Positions 61,098 through 64,000 of a stretch of 64,000 nucleotides of DNA are shown here, piece by piece. Position numbers and translations under genes: made by a program. The DNA lies in contig JBLWVX010000003.1 in the NCBI GenBank assembly GCA_048268245.1, forward strand, positions 55,551-119,550. Direction: 5' to 3'. Source of the stretch: Arcobacteraceae bacterium (GTDB lineage: Bacteria; Campylobacterota; Campylobacteria; Campylobacterales; Arcobacteraceae). The notes under the pieces are model-generated. The model did not search any database and was not told the DNA's origin. It saw only the letters and a program-made list of their open reading frames with translations. Position 1 is the first letter of the stretch, and the number at the start of each line of letters is the position of its first letter.

Positions 61098-61694
61098 ATG
61101 TTAGTAACTAAAAAAGCTCCAGATTTTACAGCTACAGCTGTACTTGCAGACGGACAAATTGTTGAAGATTTTAACCTATATGAGAACATTGGTGAGAATG
61201 GTGCGGTATTATTTTTCTACCCATTAGACTTTACTTTTGTATGTCCTTCTGAGATTATTGCATTCTCTAAAAGAATTGAAGAGTTCTCTTCAAGAGGTAT
61301 CAATGTAATTGGTGTTTCTGTTGACTCACAATTCTCTCACTTTGCTTGGAGAGAAACTGCAGTTGAAAATGGTGGAATTGGAAGAATCAAGTACCCATTA
61401 GTTGCAGACTTATCTAAACAAATTTCTAGAGATTACGATGTATTATTCGGAGATTCAGTTGCTTTAAGAGGTTCTTTCTTAATTGATAAAGATGGAACTG
61501 TAAGACACGCTGTAATTAATGACTTACCATTAGGAAGAAACATTGATGAAATGATTAGAATGGTTGACACAATGTTATTTACTAACGAGCATGGTGAAGT
61601 TTGTCCTGCAGGATGGAACAAAGGTGATGAAGGTATGAAAGCTTCAACAGAAGGTGTAGCTGAATATTTAGGTAAGCACGAGGGTGACTTATAA
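61098..61694 (+). CDS. ahpC: Typical 2-Cys peroxiredoxin
   Basis: DFTFVCPSEI and VCPAGW. ATG at 61098 follows AAAGGA. Confidence 0.96.
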   Translation: MLVTKKAPDFTATAVLADGQIVEDFNLYENIGENGAVLFFYPLDFTFVCPSEIIAFSKRIEEFSSRGINVIGVSVDSQFSHFAWRETAVENGGIGRIKYPLVADLSKQISRDYDVLFGDSVALRGSFLIDKDGTVRHAVINDLPLGRNIDEMIRMVDTMLFTNEHGEVCPAGWNKGDEGMKASTEGVAEYLGKHEGDL

Positions 61695-61715
61695 TATATA
61701 ATTAAATGTATTTTA

Positions 61716-61741
61716 AATAAAGGTGTTTTTGCACCTTTATT
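61716..61741 (+). terminator. Terminator after ahpC
   Basis: AATAAAGGTG-TTTTTG-CACCTTTATT. Confidence 0.8.
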
Positions 61742-61762
61742 GTCTAAGAGAAATCAATTTAA

Positions 61763-61791
61763 TTGACTTTTTTTCAAATTAACACTACAAT
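61763..61791 (+). promoter_or_regulatory. Sigma70 promoter of rho
   Basis: TTGACT (61763-61768), 17-bp spacer, TACAAT (61786-61791). Confidence 0.7.
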
Positions 61792-61810
61792 TACACTATT
61801 ACTTTTTAAA

Positions 61811-61837
61811 CTACAAAAAAACTACAAAAAAACTACA
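61811..61837 (+). repeat. Tandem 11-mer CTACAAAAAAA x2.5 in the rho leader
   Basis: CTACAAAAAAA-CTACAAAAAAA-CTACA read directly. Confidence 0.9.
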
Positions 61838-61872
61838 TACTTAATATGTAAAATCAAAGGTTAAGATTACTC

Positions 61873-63195
61873 ATGGAAGAGTCTAAAACTCAAAGTAAAA
61901 CAAAAAACACTAGGAAAACTAGAACTCATATACCTGTTGAAGGGTATAAAATTGAACAATTAAGAGAACTTCCTTTAGAAGATCTTTTAAATATCGCAAA
62001 AGAACTAGATGTAGAAAATCCCCAAGAATTAAAAAGACAAGATTTAATGTTCTCGATTTTAAAAAATCAAATTGATGCAGGTGGATTTATTTTATTCACA
62101 GGTATTTTAGAGATTAAAGAGGGTGGATTTGGATTCCTAAGAGCAATTGATGGAAACTTCTCTGATACATCAAATGATTCTTATGTAAGTGCTACACAAA
62201 TTAGAAAATTTGCATTAAGAACTGGAGATATTGTAACTGGACAAGTTAGACCTCCAAATAAAGAAAGTGAAAAATATAATGCTTTATTAAAAATTGAAGC
62301 AATTAATTATTTACCTATAAAAGCATCAAAAAACAGGCCATTATTTGACAACTTAACACCTTTATATTCAACTGAGAAATTTAAATTTGAGTATGAATCA
62401 ACTAGAATGACAGGAAGAATGCTTGATTTATTTGCTCCAATGGGTAAAGGTCAAAGAGGTCTTATCGTTGCACCTCCAAAAACTGGTAAAACTGAGTTAT
62501 TAAAAGAGTTAGCTCATGGTATTACAAAAAATCATCCAGAAGTATCTTTAATGGTTCTTTTAATTGATGAAAGACCTGAAGAAGTTACAGATATGCAAAG
62601 AAGTGTAAAAGGTGAAGTTTATAGTTCAACTTTTGATTTACCTGCACATAATCATGTAAGAGTTGCTGAAATTGTTATTGAAAAAGCAAAAAGACTTGTA
62701 GAGATGAAAAAAGATGTAGTTATTTTACTTGATTCTATTACAAGATTAGCTAGAGCTTATAATACAGTAACACCAAGTTCTGGAAAGGTACTTTCAGGTG
62801 GGGTTGATGCAAATGCTTTACATAAACCAAAAAGATTCTTTGGTGCTGCTAGAAATATTGAAGAGGGTGGTTCTTTAACAATTATTTCAACTGCATTAAT
62901 TGAAACTGGTTCAAAAATGGACGAAGTTATTTTTGAAGAGTTCAAAGGAACAGGTAATAGTGAAGTTGTATTAAGTAGAGATGCAGCTAACAAAAGAGTA
63001 TATCCAGCTCTTGATATTACTAAATCAGGAACTAGAAAAGAAGAATTACTTCTTACTCCTGAAATTTTACAAAAAACATGGATTTTAAGAAATGCTATTG
63101 CTTCTATGGATGAAGTTGAAGCACTTAAGTTCTTATATTCAAAAATGAAAAAGACAAAAGACAATGAAGAGTTTTTTGCAGGAATGAATGAATAG
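61873..63195 (+). CDS. rho: Transcription termination factor Rho
   Basis: [62 protein letters not shown]. Confidence 0.99.
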   Translation: MEESKTQSKTKNTRKTRTHIPVEGYKIEQLRELPLEDLLNIAKELDVENPQELKRQDLMFSILKNQIDAGGFILFTGILEIKEGGFGFLRAIDGNFSDTSNDSYVSATQIRKFALRTGDIVTGQVRPPNKESEKYNALLKIEAINYLPIKASKNRPLFDNLTPLYSTEKFKFEYESTRMTGRMLDLFAPMGKGQRGLIVAPPKTGKTELLKELAHGITKNHPEVSLMVLLIDERPEEVTDMQRSVKGEVYSSTFDLPAHNHVRVAEIVIEKAKRLVEMKKDVVILLDSITRLARAYNTVTPSSGKVLSGGVDANALHKPKRFFGAARNIEEGGSLTIISTALIETGSKMDEVIFEEFKGTGNSEVVLSRDAANKRVYPALDITKSGTRKEELLLTPEILQKTWILRNAIASMDEVEALKFLYSKMKKTKDNEEFFAGMNE

Positions 63196-63216
63196 AAGAG
63201 ATAATCTCTTTTATTC
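63190..63216 (+). terminator. Hairpin after rho
   Basis: GAATAGAAGAGA-TAA-TCTCTTTTATTC. Confidence 0.7.
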
Positions 63217-63360
63217 AAAACAATAAACTATACAAAACTAGTCAAAAATAAACTACACAAAATTACAATTAATTTCAAAAAAATTCTATTTTTATTCTAT
63301 ATTTAACACATATTTTATTCAAATTTCTATACTATTCCATCACTTAATGAAGGATTTATC

Positions 63361-64000
63361 ATGATAACTATAGAGAATTTAAATAAATACTATGGTGATA
63401 CAAAAGTTTTAAATGATATTTCTATAGATATTAAAAAAGGTGAGATGTTTGCTATTGTAGGACACAGTGGCGCTGGAAAATCTACACTACTTAGATGTAT
63501 TAATGGACTTGAAGATTATAGTGATGGTTCATTAAAAGTTAATAACAAAGAAATAAAATCTTTAAATAAACAGCAGTTAAGAGAATTTAGAAAAAATATT
63601 GGAATGATATTCCAACATTTTTCACTAGTACAAAGAAAAACTGTTTTTGAAAATGTAGCACTACCAATGCAACTTTGGGGATACAGTAAAGAAGAGATTT
63701 TAAAAAAAGTAAAAGAGTTATTAGCTTTAGTTGGTTTGGAGCAAAAAGTTGATGCGTATCCAAATCAATTAAGTGGAGGTCAAAAGCAAAGAGTAGCAAT
63801 TGCTAGAGCTTTGACATTAGACCCTGATGTATTATTAAGTGATGAAGCAACTTCAGCACTTGATCCAAATACAACTACATCAATTTTAAATCTATTAAAA
63901 GAGATAAATGAAAAACTAAATATTACTATAGTTCTAGTAACTCACGAAATGGAAGTTGTAAAACAAATAGCTCAAAAAGCTTTACTTTTAGAACATGGAA
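63361..64000 (+). CDS. metN: Methionine ABC transporter ATP-binding subunit, 3'-truncated (not in the ORF track)
   Basis: My translation: [12 protein letters not shown]...[19 protein letters not shown]...[10 protein letters not shown]...[15 protein letters not shown]...[15 protein letters not shown]...THEMEVV. GAAGGA SD. Confidence 0.9.
   Translation, partial: MITIENLNKYYGDTKVLNDISIDIKKGEMFAIVGHSGAGKSTLLRCINGLEDYSDGSLKVNNKEIKSLNKQQLREFRKNIGMIFQHFSLVQRKTVFENVALPMQLWGYSKEEILKKVKELLALVGLEQKVDAYPNQLSGGQKQRVAIARALTLDPDVLLSDEATSALDPNTTTSILNLLKEINEKLNITIVLVTHEMEVVKQIAQKALLLEHG

Noticed and set aside
63216-63360. SAM riboswitch upstream of metN
   Set aside because: The region is almost G-free and cannot form SAM-I or SAM-II cores.

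Overview
Very AT-rich, gene-dense chromosomal window from a Campylobacterota bacterium, most likely Arcobacteraceae. Evidence for this: TTTAAG/TTTAGA-TAnAAT promoters, HQWRQPL-type kinase paralogues, the futalosine pathway gene mqnE, and Campylobacter-like blocks dprA-deacetylase-ilvC-rnr-holA, nusA/HP0268-miaB-DUF374 and fabH-plsX-rpmF-ndk-fdxA/ahpC. A BCCT carrier and NhaA hint at a saline habitat (inference). I found no rRNA, tRNA, CRISPR array, transposase or phage gene. Most of the window is housekeeping. Main points of interest: (1) a 520-aa ORF after miaB-DUF374 that reads as a single-chain PilM-PilN-PilO fusion, where related genera carry separate PilMNO-like flagellar cage genes; (2) the right end of a Tad/Flp pilus locus (CpaB, TadE-like, RcpA) plus a detached TadG-like gene, both pseudopilins lacking the canonical prepilin Gly; (3) two TolC genes each fused operonically to a sensor kinase with no pump partner; (4) a FIST (NosP-like) kinase-regulator pair; (5) an ATP-grasp/hydrolase pair splitting pabB from pabC; (6) an SspB-like ORF; (7) about eight apparent leaderless genes; (8) G-free, C-containing repeat tracts on both sides of rho. 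All family calls are from motif recognition and recalled synteny, with no database search.
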